42,722 nucleotides of DNA from Gemmatimonadota bacterium (GTDB lineage: Bacteria; Gemmatimonadota; Gemmatimonadetes; Longimicrobiales; Gaopeijiaceae), in contig JBDHHQ010000074.1 of NCBI GenBank assembly GCA_039589315.1, forward strand, positions 1-42,722, read 5' to 3'. Positions 9,680 to 20,304 of the stretch are shown one piece after another. How positions within the stretch are numbered: position 1 is the stretch's first letter; each line of letters opens with the position of its first letter. A model generated the notes under the pieces. That model was not told the origin of the DNA. It saw only the letters and a list, made by a program, of their open reading frames with translations, and ran no database searches. The translations under genes were made by a program, and so were the position numbers.

Positions 9680-11377
9680 ATGAGCCTGGCCGTCCAGGCC
9701 GCGTTGGCGGTCCTCCCGATCGGGTTGGCGGCGGTCCTGCTGGTGGGGTTCCGGGTCGCCGCGAAATGGGCCATGCCCGCCGTGTACGTGGCCGCCGTCG
9801 TGGTCGCGCTGGGGCCCTGGGGCATGACCGGCGACCGGGTCTTCGCGTCGTCCATCCAGGGCCTCTTCATCGCAGCCGACATCCTGATCATCATCTTCGG
9901 GGCTCTGCTTCTCCTGAACACGCTCGAGCACTCCGGCGGGGTGGCCGCGATCCGGAGGAGCTTCCACTCGGTGAGCGACGACCGCCGCGTGCAGATCGTC
10001 ATCATCGCTTGGCTCTTCGGGTCCTTCATCGAGGGAGCGTCCGGATTCGGCACTCCGGCGGCCATCGCGGCTCCCCTGATGGTGGCCATGGGCTTCCCGG
10101 CGGCGGCGGCCGTGATGATCGGCATGATGATCCAGAGCACGGCGGTGACCTTCGGCGCCGTGGGCACGCCGGTGCTGGTGGGCCTGCAGGGTGGGCTCGG
10201 GGGCGAGGTGTTCGACGCGCAGCTGGCGGCGGCCGGCCTGTCCATGGCGGAGTACCTGAAGCTGGCCACGAACCGGATCGTCGTGCTCCACGCGGTTCCG
10301 GGCACGCTCATGCCCACGCTCATGGTCATGATGACCACTCGCTTCTTCGGCGCGAATCGGTCGTGGACCGAGGGGTTGTCCATCGTGCCCTTCGCCCTGT
10401 TCGGGGGGGTGGCCTTCACCGTGCCCTACATGCTGACCGGCTGGCTGCTGGGCCCGGAGTTCCCCTCGCTGCTCGGCGCTCCGGTCGGTCTGGCCGTGGT
10501 CACGTTCGCCGCCCGCAAGGGCTTCCTGATTCCTCAGGACTCGTGGGGCTTCGCGCCCCGGGCCCAGTGGGCCAGCGACTGGGTCAGCGGGCTGGAGGTG
10601 ACGGGTCCCGACGCGGAGCGTGGCCGGCCCATGTCAGCGGCCTCGGCCTGGTCACCGTACGCGCTGGTCGCTGTGCTCCTGGTCCTCACCCGGTTGCCGA
10701 GCCTTCCCGTGGGAGAGTGGCTCCGGCGTGTCGACTTCGTCTACGGAGACATCCTGGGCACCGGAATCACCGCCGCGACGACGCCCCTCTATCTTCCCGG
10801 CACGATGCTGCTGGTCGCGTCTCTGGCTACGATCGTGATCCACCGCATGCCTCGGGGGGCGTTTAGACAGGCGTTCGGCGACTCGACCCGCGTTCTCCTG
10901 GGCGCCGGTTTCGTCCTGATCTTCACCGTGCCCATGGTGCGGGTCTACATCAACTCCGGTATCAACGCCAACAGCCTGGCCAGCATGCCCATCGCCATGG
11001 CAGAGTGGGTGGCGACCACGGTCGGCGGGGTCTGGCCCCTCTTCGCCGGCGTCACGGGCGCACTGGGTGCGTTCATCGCGGGCTCGAACACGGTCAGCAA
11101 CCTGATGTTCGCGGCCTTCCAGGCGGGCGTGGCCGACCGGCTCGCTATCTCCGGCTTGATGATCGTCTCTCTCCAGGCCGTCGGCGCTGCCGCAGGCAAC
11201 ATGATCGCCATCCATAACGTGGTGGCCGCGTCGGCTACGGTGGGCCTGCTGGGGCGGGAAGGCTCGACCCTACGGAAAACCATACTCCCAACGGTGTATT
11301 ACCTCACCGTGATCGGCCTCCTGGGATTGCTCGCCGTCTACGTGATCGGTGTGCCCGATCCGATGATGAGGCCATGA
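9680..11377 (+). CDS. lctP: L-lactate permease (LctP/LldP family)
   Basis: '[17 protein letters not shown]', '[15 protein letters not shown]', '[15 protein letters not shown]'. ATG at 9680 chosen over the extended track ORF. Confidence 0.92.
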   Translation: MSLAVQAALAVLPIGLAAVLLVGFRVAAKWAMPAVYVAAVVVALGPWGMTGDRVFASSIQGLFIAADILIIIFGALLLLNTLEHSGGVAAIRRSFHSVSDDRRVQIVIIAWLFGSFIEGASGFGTPAAIAAPLMVAMGFPAAAAVMIGMMIQSTAVTFGAVGTPVLVGLQGGLGGEVFDAQLAAAGLSMAEYLKLATNRIVVLHAVPGTLMPTLMVMMTTRFFGANRSWTEGLSIVPFALFGGVAFTVPYMLTGWLLGPEFPSLLGAPVGLAVVTFAARKGFLIPQDSWGFAPRAQWASDWVSGLEVTGPDAERGRPMSAASAWSPYALVAVLLVLTRLPSLPVGEWLRRVDFVYGDILGTGITAATTPLYLPGTMLLVASLATIVIHRMPRGAFRQAFGDSTRVLLGAGFVLIFTVPMVRVYINSGINANSLASMPIAMAEWVATTVGGVWPLFAGVTGALGAFIAGSNTVSNLMFAAFQAGVADRLAISGLMIVSLQAVGAAAGNMIAIHNVVAASATVGLLGREGSTLRKTILPTVYYLTVIGLLGLLAVYVIGVPDPMMRP

Positions 11378-11420
11378 GCGAGAACGCCCCCGAGGGTCGC
11401 GTGAGCGGCCTCGCGTGCCA

Positions 11421-12419
11421 ATGACAGAGAACCATGACGAGCCCACGCGCCTCACCGAGGCCCAGGCCGCACGCCTGTGGCGTCGTGCGGCCGAGTTGCA
11501 GGCCGAGGCGGCCCGGCGACTGGAGGATCGCTCGAAGGAGCTGGCGCCCAGGGGAGAGCCTGGGGCCAGGGAGGATCCGGACGGATATGAGATGAGCCAT
11601 GTGGTCGGGGCCGCGGTGGAAGCCGGCATCTCGCCGGAGTTCGTGGAGTTCGCGGTGGCCGAGCTGCGCAACGAACGCCGGCTCGCCACCAAGGACCGGG
11701 ACCTGATCGACCGTCTCGCCGACGCGCTGTTGGGAAACCCGCCAAGGAGCGCCGAGGTGTCGCGGGTAATCCGTGCGTCGCCGGACCGCGTCTTCCTGGC
11801 CATGCAGCGCGTCTTTCCCGCCGAGCCGTACAGCCTGGCTCTCAAGGACACGCATGGATCTGACCCCCTCACCGGGGGCGTGCTGGTATTCGACGTGCCT
11901 GCTTGGACGGGGTTGGAGAGCTCGGAGAGGCTCGCCTACCAGGCGCGCGGTTGGGCAGACATCCGGCGGCTCTACGTGACCCTCACGCCCCTCGAGACGG
12001 ATCCGCCGTCCTGCGAGGTCACGATCCGCACGCCGCTCCGCCACAGCCGGCGGGTGAACTTCTGGGGCAGCGCGGTAATGTCGGGTTTCACCGGAGCAGG
12101 GGGAGCCGCCGCCGGGCTGGCCCTGGGCCTGGCCGCGGCGGGGGCCGCTGGACTGGCGCCCATCCTTGCAGGCGCGCTAGCGGCTGCCTCGGCCGTCACC
12201 GTGGGCGGAGCCGTGGGAGGTGGGGCCGCCGTGGGGTACCGCTCCCTGTACAGGTTCGGCCTCCGCAAGGGACTCCGCGCCCTGGAGGGCCTGCTGGCTG
12301 CCCTGGACGTCGGGATTCGCACCGGATGGAGCTTCGGCCCTCAGGCCGGGAGCCCCCCGACGCTACCTGCCCAGCCTCAGGCCGGCGGTCCCGCCCGAGA
12401 GGGTCCGGAACCGTCGTAA
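11421..12419 (+). CDS. Hypothetical membrane-anchored protein
   Basis: N-terminal 'ARLWRRAAELQ...AAVEAGISPEFV' helical domain and a Gly/Ala-rich C-terminal TM hairpin; normal codon usage. Confidence 0.7.
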   Translation: MTENHDEPTRLTEAQAARLWRRAAELQAEAARRLEDRSKELAPRGEPGAREDPDGYEMSHVVGAAVEAGISPEFVEFAVAELRNERRLATKDRDLIDRLADALLGNPPRSAEVSRVIRASPDRVFLAMQRVFPAEPYSLALKDTHGSDPLTGGVLVFDVPAWTGLESSERLAYQARGWADIRRLYVTLTPLETDPPSCEVTIRTPLRHSRRVNFWGSAVMSGFTGAGGAAAGLALGLAAAGAAGLAPILAGALAAASAVTVGGAVGGGAAVGYRSLYRFGLRKGLRALEGLLAALDVGIRTGWSFGPQAGSPPTLPAQPQAGGPAREGPEPS

Positions 12420-12564
12420 GCCTGGAGCGCGAGCGGTGACACCCCCAGGTGAGACGACCTCAACTGGGCGGGCGCCGGCGTGAATGATGGGATGATGCCG
12501 GCATGCCGAGCGGGCGAGCGACCCTCGGTCGTTCGCCCGGCCCGAGCGGCCGCCCAGCGTCCGA

Positions 12565-12882
12565 TCAGCCGCCCAGGAGTAGGCCTGCCGTTCCGAGCCC
12601 GCCTACGATAACGGCCATCATCCACAGTCGTGGGTCCGCGTACCAGGGCCGGAGCGCCCTCCGCACGGCGGTGAGGTTCCCCGTGTTCAGAGCGATGGCC
12701 ATACCGCCGTCCGGCGCCTTGACACCGTTGATCAGGCGGTCCTTGAGCAGCTGGTTTACGGCGTGGGTATGCTTTGGATCTCCCGGATCGAACCCCGCGA
12801 TCTCCCCGGGAGTCGTGAACCCGTCCGGATTCCGCTCGTGAACGCTCTTCAGGTGGCGGAGGATGCTCTTCCTCGGCGACAT
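12565..12882 (-). CDS. Small hypothetical protein, wHTH-like N-terminus with one C-terminal TM helix
   Basis: ATG at 12882 after a GAGGGG RBS; 105 aa ending 'PWYADPRLWMMAVIVGGLGTAGLLLGG'. Confidence 0.6.
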   Translation of the reverse strand: MSPRKSILRHLKSVHERNPDGFTTPGEIAGFDPGDPKHTHAVNQLLKDRLINGVKAPDGGMAIALNTGNLTAVRRALRPWYADPRLWMMAVIVGGLGTAGLLLGG

Positions 12883-13075
12883 CGTTCCCCTCGTAGGCAT
12901 CAGTTGTTCGGAAGTCTGTGGAGGCGAAGGGAGCACTCCCGCCGTCGTCCCTCCATCCCCCATCGTGCCACTCGGCCCTCACTACGAGACCCGTGGTCGG
13001 AAAGTTGCAGCCGACATTGCTTAGACGCGAGGAGGCGCCGAAAGGTTTCCCGGGGCCGCCGGCCGCCGACGGCAT

Positions 13076-14386
13076 TCAGTCCCCGTCGAGCAGCGCAGAG
13101 GTCCGTCGAGCGCGAGCGACGGCTTTCGCCTTGATCCGGTCGTGGACCTCGGGGTAGCGCTGGGAGAGGTAGCGGAAGGAGGCTTTCGACAACACGTAAA
13201 CATCGCAGTAGGTGAGGGCTTGGACGCTGGCGGTGCGGAGCTCCCCGGTGAAGAGCGCGATCTCTCCGAAGAAATCCCCTCCGGCCAGGCGCGCCAAGCG
13301 CTGCCCGTCCGGGCCCAACACATCCAGCTCCCCCCGGACCACGAAGTACATCTCTTCGCCGTGCTCGCCGGTCTCGACGACCCTCTGTCCCGGGGTGAGG
13401 ACCTCGGGGTGGAGGCGTAGAGCGGCATCCCTCAGGAACTCGGGGTCCGCCTCGCGGAAGAGGTCGACGCGCTCGATGACCTCCCGCTTCAGGTGCAACG
13501 ACACCTCGCCCTTCAGGCCTTTGGGGAGGGCCTTCAGGAAGTCGCCCTCGTCATACCCGAATCGGGTCTTCCAAACGTAGTAGTGGTAGTCGTAGATACT
13601 CTGCTCGATGTCACGGGGCAGGTTCCAATACCGGGTGGCCTGGCCGAGTTGCTCCACGTGGTCGAGAAAACGGGCCGTGGCCGGATCTCGCTTCGACAGC
13701 GCACTCGCGATCACCCCGACGAGATAGCCCAGGAAAGCCAGGCCCAGGATCATCGTTCCGATGGCGAATAGCTTCTGTGCGAAGGTCTCCGGTGTGACGT
13801 CGCCGTACCCCACGGAGGTCACTGTCGTGACCGTCCAATACACGGCGTCCACGTAGGCCTCCACTCGGGACGCGCCCGGCTCGGCACCTCGCAGGTCGAG
13901 CCAGCCCAGGCTCAGCCAGTGGCCGCTGAGCGATATCCAGTAGACGCCGTACAGGAGAAGGAGCCGGGATGAAAACCGGAGCCCGAGCCGCCTCCACAGG
14001 TGCATGAGAAGGACCACCTTGACGAGCTTGACCACGCCGAGGAGCCCGAGGGCCGGATCCTGGAAGATGGCGCTCAGTGGAAGCCAGGCCACCATGTCGG
14101 CAGCGAGGGCCCACCGAGAGAAGCGCGATTCCGCCATCCTCGTGAAGGCCGGCGTGCTGTCGCCGATCTTGAGCAGGCGAGTGGTGACGAGCGTGTCGGT
14201 CAGAAAGACCGCCGGTGCGAACCAGTGCAGGAGGAACAGCGGGTGTCTGGGCCCGAGGTGGAACACGATGTCCGCGGGGACGAACGCGGCGTAGACGGTC
14301 GCGACGCCGGTCACCAGGAGCTGCCAGCCGAGAAGCGAGCCCAGTCGCCTCCTGGGGCGCTCGCGCCCGGGTTCGATCGTGGACAT
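13076..14386 (-). CDS. Cyclic-nucleotide-regulated potassium channel (6TM + C-linker + cNMP-binding domain)
   Basis: Filter 'TTVTSVGYGDVTP'; cNMP domain 'GDFFGEIALF..ELRTASV'. ATG at 14386 after GAGGAG. Confidence 0.92.
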   Translation of the reverse strand: MSTIEPGRERPRRRLGSLLGWQLLVTGVATVYAAFVPADIVFHLGPRHPLFLLHWFAPAVFLTDTLVTTRLLKIGDSTPAFTRMAESRFSRWALAADMVAWLPLSAIFQDPALGLLGVVKLVKVVLLMHLWRRLGLRFSSRLLLLYGVYWISLSGHWLSLGWLDLRGAEPGASRVEAYVDAVYWTVTTVTSVGYGDVTPETFAQKLFAIGTMILGLAFLGYLVGVIASALSKRDPATARFLDHVEQLGQATRYWNLPRDIEQSIYDYHYYVWKTRFGYDEGDFLKALPKGLKGEVSLHLKREVIERVDLFREADPEFLRDAALRLHPEVLTPGQRVVETGEHGEEMYFVVRGELDVLGPDGQRLARLAGGDFFGEIALFTGELRTASVQALTYCDVYVLSKASFRYLSQRYPEVHDRIKAKAVARARRTSALLDGD

Positions 14387-14594
14387 GGCGGAGTAGCTCC
14401 TCATGACTCGGTTCGAAAGACCGGCCAACCCTCTCTCGTGTCGCGGCGTATCCCCTTCTTCAGCGTCAGGCCCCGGACGGTGGTAGTCAGGACGGGACCC
14501 GCGTGTCAAGCGTCGCCGCCCCGCTAAGGTTCGGCGTTCACGGTGTCGATCCCCTGAAAGGACCCGATGCCCCCCTGATCGCGGAAGGAGACCG

Positions 14595-15530
14595 GTGCCG
14601 GCCGAGCGGTTCGAAAGGCCCATCCCACGCAAGGCGATTGCGTTGGCCGGCTTGAGCCTGCTCTTGCCGGTGGTGGTCACGTTCCTGTACCCGGACGCCC
14701 GACAGGGCGCCGGAACCCTGGTCTGGCTGGCGGCCGTCATCCCGGCTTTCGTGTTGTCCTACTATTGGGGTTGGCTGGGCTCCGCGGTGGCGCTGGCCAG
14801 CGGAATCGTAGCGCTATCGGCGACCACCTTCGCCGTGCTCAGCATGGGGGTCAGCGCTCCGGAATGGGACGTGCTTTGGGGCGTCGTGGCCGCCTATGTG
14901 AGCGTGACCATGGGCATCGGCTGGCTGAGCGACGGCCTGAACAAGGGTCGGACCGAGGCCGAGACGCTGGCCATGACGGATGCCCTGACCGGTCTGGCCA
15001 ACCGGCGCTTCGCCCACCGGTTGCTTGAACAGGCGTTCGCCTTGGCCGCCCGGGGCATGCCCCTCTCAGTCGTGCTCTTCGACGTCGATCACTTCAAGGA
15101 CTTCAACGACCGACGCGGACACGTGGCCGGTGATGAAGCGCTCCGGACCCTGGGGAACGTTCTGAACCAGGCGACCCGCAAGAGCGACCTGGCCGTGCGC
15201 TACGGCGGCGAGGAGTTCCTTTGTGTGCTGAACAACTGCCGGAGCGGTGGGGCGCTCACGTTCACGGAACGCGTCCGGCGACAGCTCGCTACGACGGAGC
15301 TGGCAGAGGCGGGGCTTACCCTGAGCGCCGGCGTCGCCCGCTACGAACCCGAGATGGAGACCTACGAGGACCTGGTGGCTGCTGCCGACGAAGCGTTGTA
15401 CGCGGCCAAGTCCGACGGGCGGAACTGCACGAGTGTCGCGGCCCCGGGCAGGCCAGTCTGCGATCCGCACGTCGTCAACCTCGTGGAGCAGTCCCGACGG
15501 GGCGAGGGTCGAGCGGCTACTCCCTCATAG
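14595..15530 (+). CDS. Membrane-bound diguanylate cyclase (GGDEF)
   Basis: About 4 N-terminal TM helices; 'TDALTGLANRR', 'DVDHFKDFND..GH..GD', RxxD I-site (RKSD) and 'RYGGEEF'. Confidence 0.93.
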   Translation: MPAERFERPIPRKAIALAGLSLLLPVVVTFLYPDARQGAGTLVWLAAVIPAFVLSYYWGWLGSAVALASGIVALSATTFAVLSMGVSAPEWDVLWGVVAAYVSVTMGIGWLSDGLNKGRTEAETLAMTDALTGLANRRFAHRLLEQAFALAARGMPLSVVLFDVDHFKDFNDRRGHVAGDEALRTLGNVLNQATRKSDLAVRYGGEEFLCVLNNCRSGGALTFTERVRRQLATTELAEAGLTLSAGVARYEPEMETYEDLVAAADEALYAAKSDGRNCTSVAAPGRPVCDPHVVNLVEQSRRGEGRAATPS

Positions 15531-15699
15531 CCGGTCTCGCAGCCAGTCCAGGAGCACCTTCAGCAGCCTGCGGATTATGGTCCCCATGAGATCCCCTTCG
15601 CGGCGCCGGAGCCGTGGCCGGCCCGACACGACGAGTGCGTGTGGAGTGTACGGCCGGCGCTGGGACCGGCCACCGGTGTCTGCGCCTGCCGTCCCGGAT

Positions 15700-16683
15700 T
15701 CACCGGAGCCCCAGGTCGAACTTCTTCTCTCCCGCCGTGACCGCGAGGGCCAGCCGGCTCTGAGAGGGAGGAAGGGGGCAGGTGGCGAATTCGGTGAACA
15801 CGCATGGCGGGTTATACGCCTTGTTGAAGTCCAGGATCACCCACCCGTCCTCGTCCGGAGCGTCGACCCACACATACCGGCCAGCCTCCTACGTGCCCGG
15901 ACCGTTGGTCTGGTCAGCGAAGATCACGAAGAAACGGTTGTCCGTGGGCTCGCCCTGAACATCCAGGCGATAGGTCTCGCCGTCCACGTCGAAGACCAGA
16001 GCGCCGGCCGAGGGCCGCTCGTCGACGGTGCCGAGGATGTTCGGCACCCGCATGGTCTTGACCGGGTCGTAGGCGTCCCACCGCGCCGCCACACGCCAGC
16101 GACGTTCCACGGCATAGTGGTCGATGCCCTCGAACGACTCTCGCAACGGTGCCTCCGCGTCCATCAGGCGGACCCCTCGACGGTCCCGGCGCTGCATGAC
16201 GTACCAGCGAAGCGAGCCGAGCGACAGCACGGTGGAGTCTCCCTCTACGTCGGTGGTCATGCGGATCCGTCGCAGCGCCGCGCCATCGGCCAAGACTCCG
16301 GATCCGTCCTCGATGGTGACAGCGACGCTGTCGGCGAAGACGGTGAGCACACCCAACCGCTCCGGAAGGTCGTTACCCGGAAACACCAGGTCGTTGTCCG
16401 CGCCCCCGCCGAACGTGTTCTCGCCCTCCCTCAGCCAATAGAGGCCTACAAGCGAAAGCCAGTTGTCGGGCTGCCGGAGATCCGCGTATCGCCACTCCCG
16501 CCACGCCTCCACGTCGGCTCGGTGCGCGGACTCGGAAGGTGTCGGGGGAGGGGTGGGACGACAGCCCTGCAGGGTCAGCGTGGCGGCCCCGAGGACCCCG
16601 AACCTCGCCACTGTCCGGGTAATGCCCTCGCGCGCAGGCTGCCGCGATCGATCGGTCACGGTCCCAATCAGACTTCCGGGCAT
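15700..16683 (-). pseudogene. DUF1684-family lipoprotein interrupted by an in-frame TAG
   Basis: The frame continues past TAG 15889-15891: ...[51 protein letters not shown]...AGEKKFDLGLR, then TGA at 15700-15702. This is the DUF1684 C-terminal signature. Confidence 0.8.
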
Positions 16684-17015
16684 CTTCGGCCCCTCTCACG
16701 AGTTCCCCTGTCACTGGACTGAAGCTCAGCGCCGGAGGAAGGGCGCGTCAAGCGCCGCGACAAAGTCGCGTCGGTGACCGGCGATCTCCGGCCGGAGCGA
16801 GCGTTCTGCGCTCGGCCGGCTCCCGTTCCGGGAACATGTGCCTTGCCAGCGGCGGCCGGCCTCTTCAAGCTTCATACACGAAGCGCCCATAGGGGGGTGC
16901 GCGCGAACGAGCCAATCACAAGCGGCGGGCCTGGTGCCTGGACGTTCCCCCGCGTCCGGAACCGGTGCCACTTCCGTCTCGTCGGTTTCCTCTACGATCC
17001 GTCCCTGGAAACGCC

Positions 17016-20000
17016 TTGGCTGTACGTCTCTTAACCCTTGGAGAGCTTCGCGTCCTGCAGGACGGGCAGGAGCTCAGGTCGCTTCCCAGTCAGCGTCTTC
17101 GCTGCGCTCTTCTCGTGTACCTAGCTGTAGAAAAGCAAGTTACGCGAGATCAGCTCATGGGAATTCTCTGGCCAGATAAGGCGCCGGACAAAGCCCGGCA
17201 CTCGCTGAGTCAGACGCTCTATGAGCTTCGGAAGGAGTTGGGCGAAGATTGGCTGGAGGTCACGGGCGAAGTCCTCCGGACGACGGACGCCATGGCGACG
17301 GACGTCGAGGACTTCAGGGCAGCGGTGGAAGGGCAGCGGGACACGGAGGCCCTCGATCACTACGGCGGAGGCTTCCTGGACGGAACCAGCCTGGGAGGCA
17401 CGCGCGACTATGAGGGCTGGATCGACCGCACGCGGGCCAGGTTGGCGCGGGATCACCGAAAGGCCGCGGCTCGCGCCGTCGCGAGCAGGGAGCAGCGCCA
17501 GGACGTCGAGGGGGCTCTGGACCTTGCCCGGCGGTGGGTGGACCGGGACCCCCTGGATGACGAAGCGCAGCATGCACTCATCGCCTTGCTCGCCCGAGCG
17601 GGCCGGCGGTCCGAGGCCCTCCGGCAGTACGACCGCTACGCAGCCCTCCTGGAGCGCGAGTTGGAGGTGGAGCCCCTGGAGGGGACCCGGGAGCTGATCG
17701 CCGGAATCCGGCGCGTCGGTCGGGGCACCCACAGCCAAGGTGAGCCCGCGGTGAAGCTGCCCGCTCAACCGCCCGCGGCATCCCCGCCGCCTCCGAGCCC
17801 TGAGTCCCAGGCCGGCCGGCCTGAGGGGCCGAGCGACGACACCTCGACGAGCGCTCCGGACTCGATCCCGGACTCAAACCGGCGGCGTCAGGGTCGCGAG
17901 AGCATGCTGGACGGCCTCATCGCTCTGGCCGATGAGCTCCGCCGGCGGCGGGTGAATCGGGTGGCCATCGGATATTTGGTCGTCGGCTTCGCAGCTCTCG
18001 AAGGCGCCGATCTCATTCTGACGCCGCTGGGGGCGCCCCCATGGATTCAGGCGGTGCTCGCCGTGCTGGTCGTGCTCGGGTTCCCGGCGGTCCTGGCCAT
18101 TGCGTGGGTCTTCGACATCACGCCCCACGGCCTGGAGGTGACCCAGCCGGCGCCAGGCGGCAGCTCGGCCCTGGCCGCGGCAGTCGCGAAACGGGGGCTC
18201 CTGGCGATCGTGGCTCTGTCCCTCCTCGGGCTGGGGGCTGTTTGGAGTTGGCAGCAGGTGCGGGAGGCGCCGGTCTTCGATGTCAACCGGGTCATGGTGT
18301 TTCCCCTGGTGACGCCTCCCGAAAGCCCGGTGCTGCAGGCGTCGGTGGGGGAGGACGTGGCTACGATCATCGGCCACGCGCTGGACCGTACAGGGCCTCT
18401 ACGTTGGATCGACGGCTGGTCGCTGCTGCCGCCGGAAGAGCGAAATGACGTGCGGGAGCTCACCAACGACGAGGCTCGTGCGCTGGCCACCTCCCGCGCC
18501 TGCGCCTTCTATGTCACGGGTCGCGTCGTTCACCTGGGCGAGCGGTCCACCGTGTTCCTGGATCTCTGGGACGCAGAGGGCGACTCCATCGTGGCGGTCG
18601 GCGAGGCCAGCGGCCCGTCGGGTCGATCCTGGGAGGCCGGGTTGCAGGCCGTGCGACCGCTGCTGCCCAGCATCGTCGGCGAGGACATTCCGGGATTCGG
18701 ACAGGAGGTCCTCAGTCGCGAGCCGGCGGCCGTCGCGAGCTTCCTTCTCGGTGAGCGCGCGTTTCGACGGGGCCGCAGCGACGCCGCGCTCGCACACTAT
18801 GACGCAGCCGTGGCCGAGGACTCCGTCTTCGTCATGGCCACGATCCGGGGCGCGCAAGCAGCAGCGTGGGCTCACCGACCCGACGACGCCGAGGCCCTGC
18901 TGGGAGTGGCGCTCGCCCTCGAGCTTCGCGAGGTGGATCGCCATTTCGCGTTGGGTATGCAGGCCTATCTCGAGGGTAGGGGAGACAGTGCCAAGGCCGC
19001 CTTCGACCGTGCGGTGGCGCTGGACGACGCAAGCGCCATCGTCTGGATGCAGCTGGGAGAGGTCCACGCCCACCTGGCGCCGAGAACCGCGCAACCGGAC
19101 TCGGTGGTTCTGCACGCCTTCGGAAGAGCGCGGGAGATCGATGACCACGGCGTCACCACGCTCTTTCACGTCCTCGAGCAGAATCTGGCATGGGGACGCC
19201 TCGAGGAGGCCGAGCCGCTGCTGCAGGCGTTCATGGCCCAGGTGGACGACCCTACGCTCGAGAAGCCCATCGAGATCATGAACCGGTGCGCGCGCCGTAC
19301 CATGACCGTGGATGAGTGGATTCCGGCGTTCGTGGCCGATCGGCAGGAAGCGTTGTGGGCCGCGAAGAAGTTCGCGGCAGGTGGACGGAACGTCGCGTGT
19401 GCGGAAGGTGGCTTCAGGGCGGCTCTTCTGGCGCCGTCCGGACCGAGCCGACCCGATCGGCAGGCTGCGTTCCTGGGACTCCAGGCGATTCTGCTCAACC
19501 GGGGCGATACCGTAGCTGCCCGGGAGCTGCTGTTCGCCGCCACTCGCTCCTTCGAGGAGGCCCAGGCGCTCGTCCGAGATCCGGCCCGAGCCGCCGAAGT
19601 CGTAGGAAAGAGCTTCGTGACGCGACCGAGCGACGACGGAGTGCCGAATCCCCTGGAAGGCCGCGCCATGTCCCTCCTCCTCGTCGAGGGAGCCATGGGG
19701 GTGGACCTCGGCCAGGCGCCGGCAGAGATGGCCGGCTCGCTGCGGGAGCGCCTGGGCCCGAACTTCGCGTCCGCTCACCCGTCCAACTTCGAGCTCTGGC
19801 GGCTCGCCATCCATGAGGCCCACCGTGGGAACGCTGAGGCGCTGGAGGAGATCGCTGCAGCGATGGAGGCGAACGCCGTGGCGGCCGCGGTACCCCTCGC
19901 CGAGCAGCTGGCCCAGGCCGTGCGAGGGCACCAGGCCCTGGCTCTAGGCGACACCGTAGGGGCCCTCGGTCGGCTGTCGGGCCTCCGATCGTGGGGCAGT

Positions 20001-20282
20001 CGCACCCACATCGCATGGTCGTACGCCGACCCTCTCCCCTTTGAGCGCGTGGTCGAGGCCCGGCTCCGATTGGCTGGTGGCGCCACCGAGGATCTCTCGG
20101 AGGCCTTCGCCCTGGCGAGCACCCTTGACGGAGATCCTCTCGGATACACCCTGTACCTGGCTGAGAGTCTGGCCATACGCATCGAAGCTGCCGAGGGCCT
20201 CGGGCTCACGGCACAGGCCCGACAGCTTCGGCAGCGACTCGCTTCACTACGAGGCGAGACCCTCGACGTGACGGGCAGTTGA
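17016..20282 (+). CDS. SARP/AfsR-type (wHTH + BTAD) membrane-spanning regulator with an extracytoplasmic TolB-N/TPR-like region
   Basis: 'ALLVYLA...TRDQLMGILWPD...ARHSLSQTLYELRK' and 'DPLDDEAQHALIALLARAGRRSEAL'; 'ELRRRRVNRVAIGY' followed by 3 TM helices and helical repeats. Likely start TTG at 17016 (track gives 16965). Confidence 0.85.
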   Translation: MAVRLLTLGELRVLQDGQELRSLPSQRLRCALLVYLAVEKQVTRDQLMGILWPDKAPDKARHSLSQTLYELRKELGEDWLEVTGEVLRTTDAMATDVEDFRAAVEGQRDTEALDHYGGGFLDGTSLGGTRDYEGWIDRTRARLARDHRKAAARAVASREQRQDVEGALDLARRWVDRDPLDDEAQHALIALLARAGRRSEALRQYDRYAALLERELEVEPLEGTRELIAGIRRVGRGTHSQGEPAVKLPAQPPAASPPPPSPESQAGRPEGPSDDTSTSAPDSIPDSNRRRQGRESMLDGLIALADELRRRRVNRVAIGYLVVGFAALEGADLILTPLGAPPWIQAVLAVLVVLGFPAVLAIAWVFDITPHGLEVTQPAPGGSSALAAAVAKRGLLAIVALSLLGLGAVWSWQQVREAPVFDVNRVMVFPLVTPPESPVLQASVGEDVATIIGHALDRTGPLRWIDGWSLLPPEERNDVRELTNDEARALATSRACAFYVTGRVVHLGERSTVFLDLWDAEGDSIVAVGEASGPSGRSWEAGLQAVRPLLPSIVGEDIPGFGQEVLSREPAAVASFLLGERAFRRGRSDAALAHYDAAVAEDSVFVMATIRGAQAAAWAHRPDDAEALLGVALALELREVDRHFALGMQAYLEGRGDSAKAAFDRAVALDDASAIVWMQLGEVHAHLAPRTAQPDSVVLHAFGRAREIDDHGVTTLFHVLEQNLAWGRLEEAEPLLQAFMAQVDDPTLEKPIEIMNRCARRTMTVDEWIPAFVADRQEALWAAKKFAAGGRNVACAEGGFRAALLAPSGPSRPDRQAAFLGLQAILLNRGDTVAARELLFAATRSFEEAQALVRDPARAAEVVGKSFVTRPSDDGVPNPLEGRAMSLLLVEGAMGVDLGQAPAEMAGSLRERLGPNFASAHPSNFELWRLAIHEAHRGNAEALEEIAAAMEANAVAAAVPLAEQLAQAVRGHQALALGDTVGALGRLSGLRSWGSRTHIAWSYADPLPFERVVEARLRLAGGATEDLSEAFALASTLDGDPLGYTLYLAESLAIRIEAAEGLGLTAQARQLRQRLASLRGETLDVTGS

Positions 20283-20304
20283 GCCCCCAAACCCGGAGGA
20301 AAGC

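Noticed and set aside
15889..15891. Pyrrolysine or genome-wide TAG reassignment
   Set aside because: The position corresponds to Tyr, and several complete genes here (ending at 2475, 6157, 7415 and 26576) stop normally at TAG.
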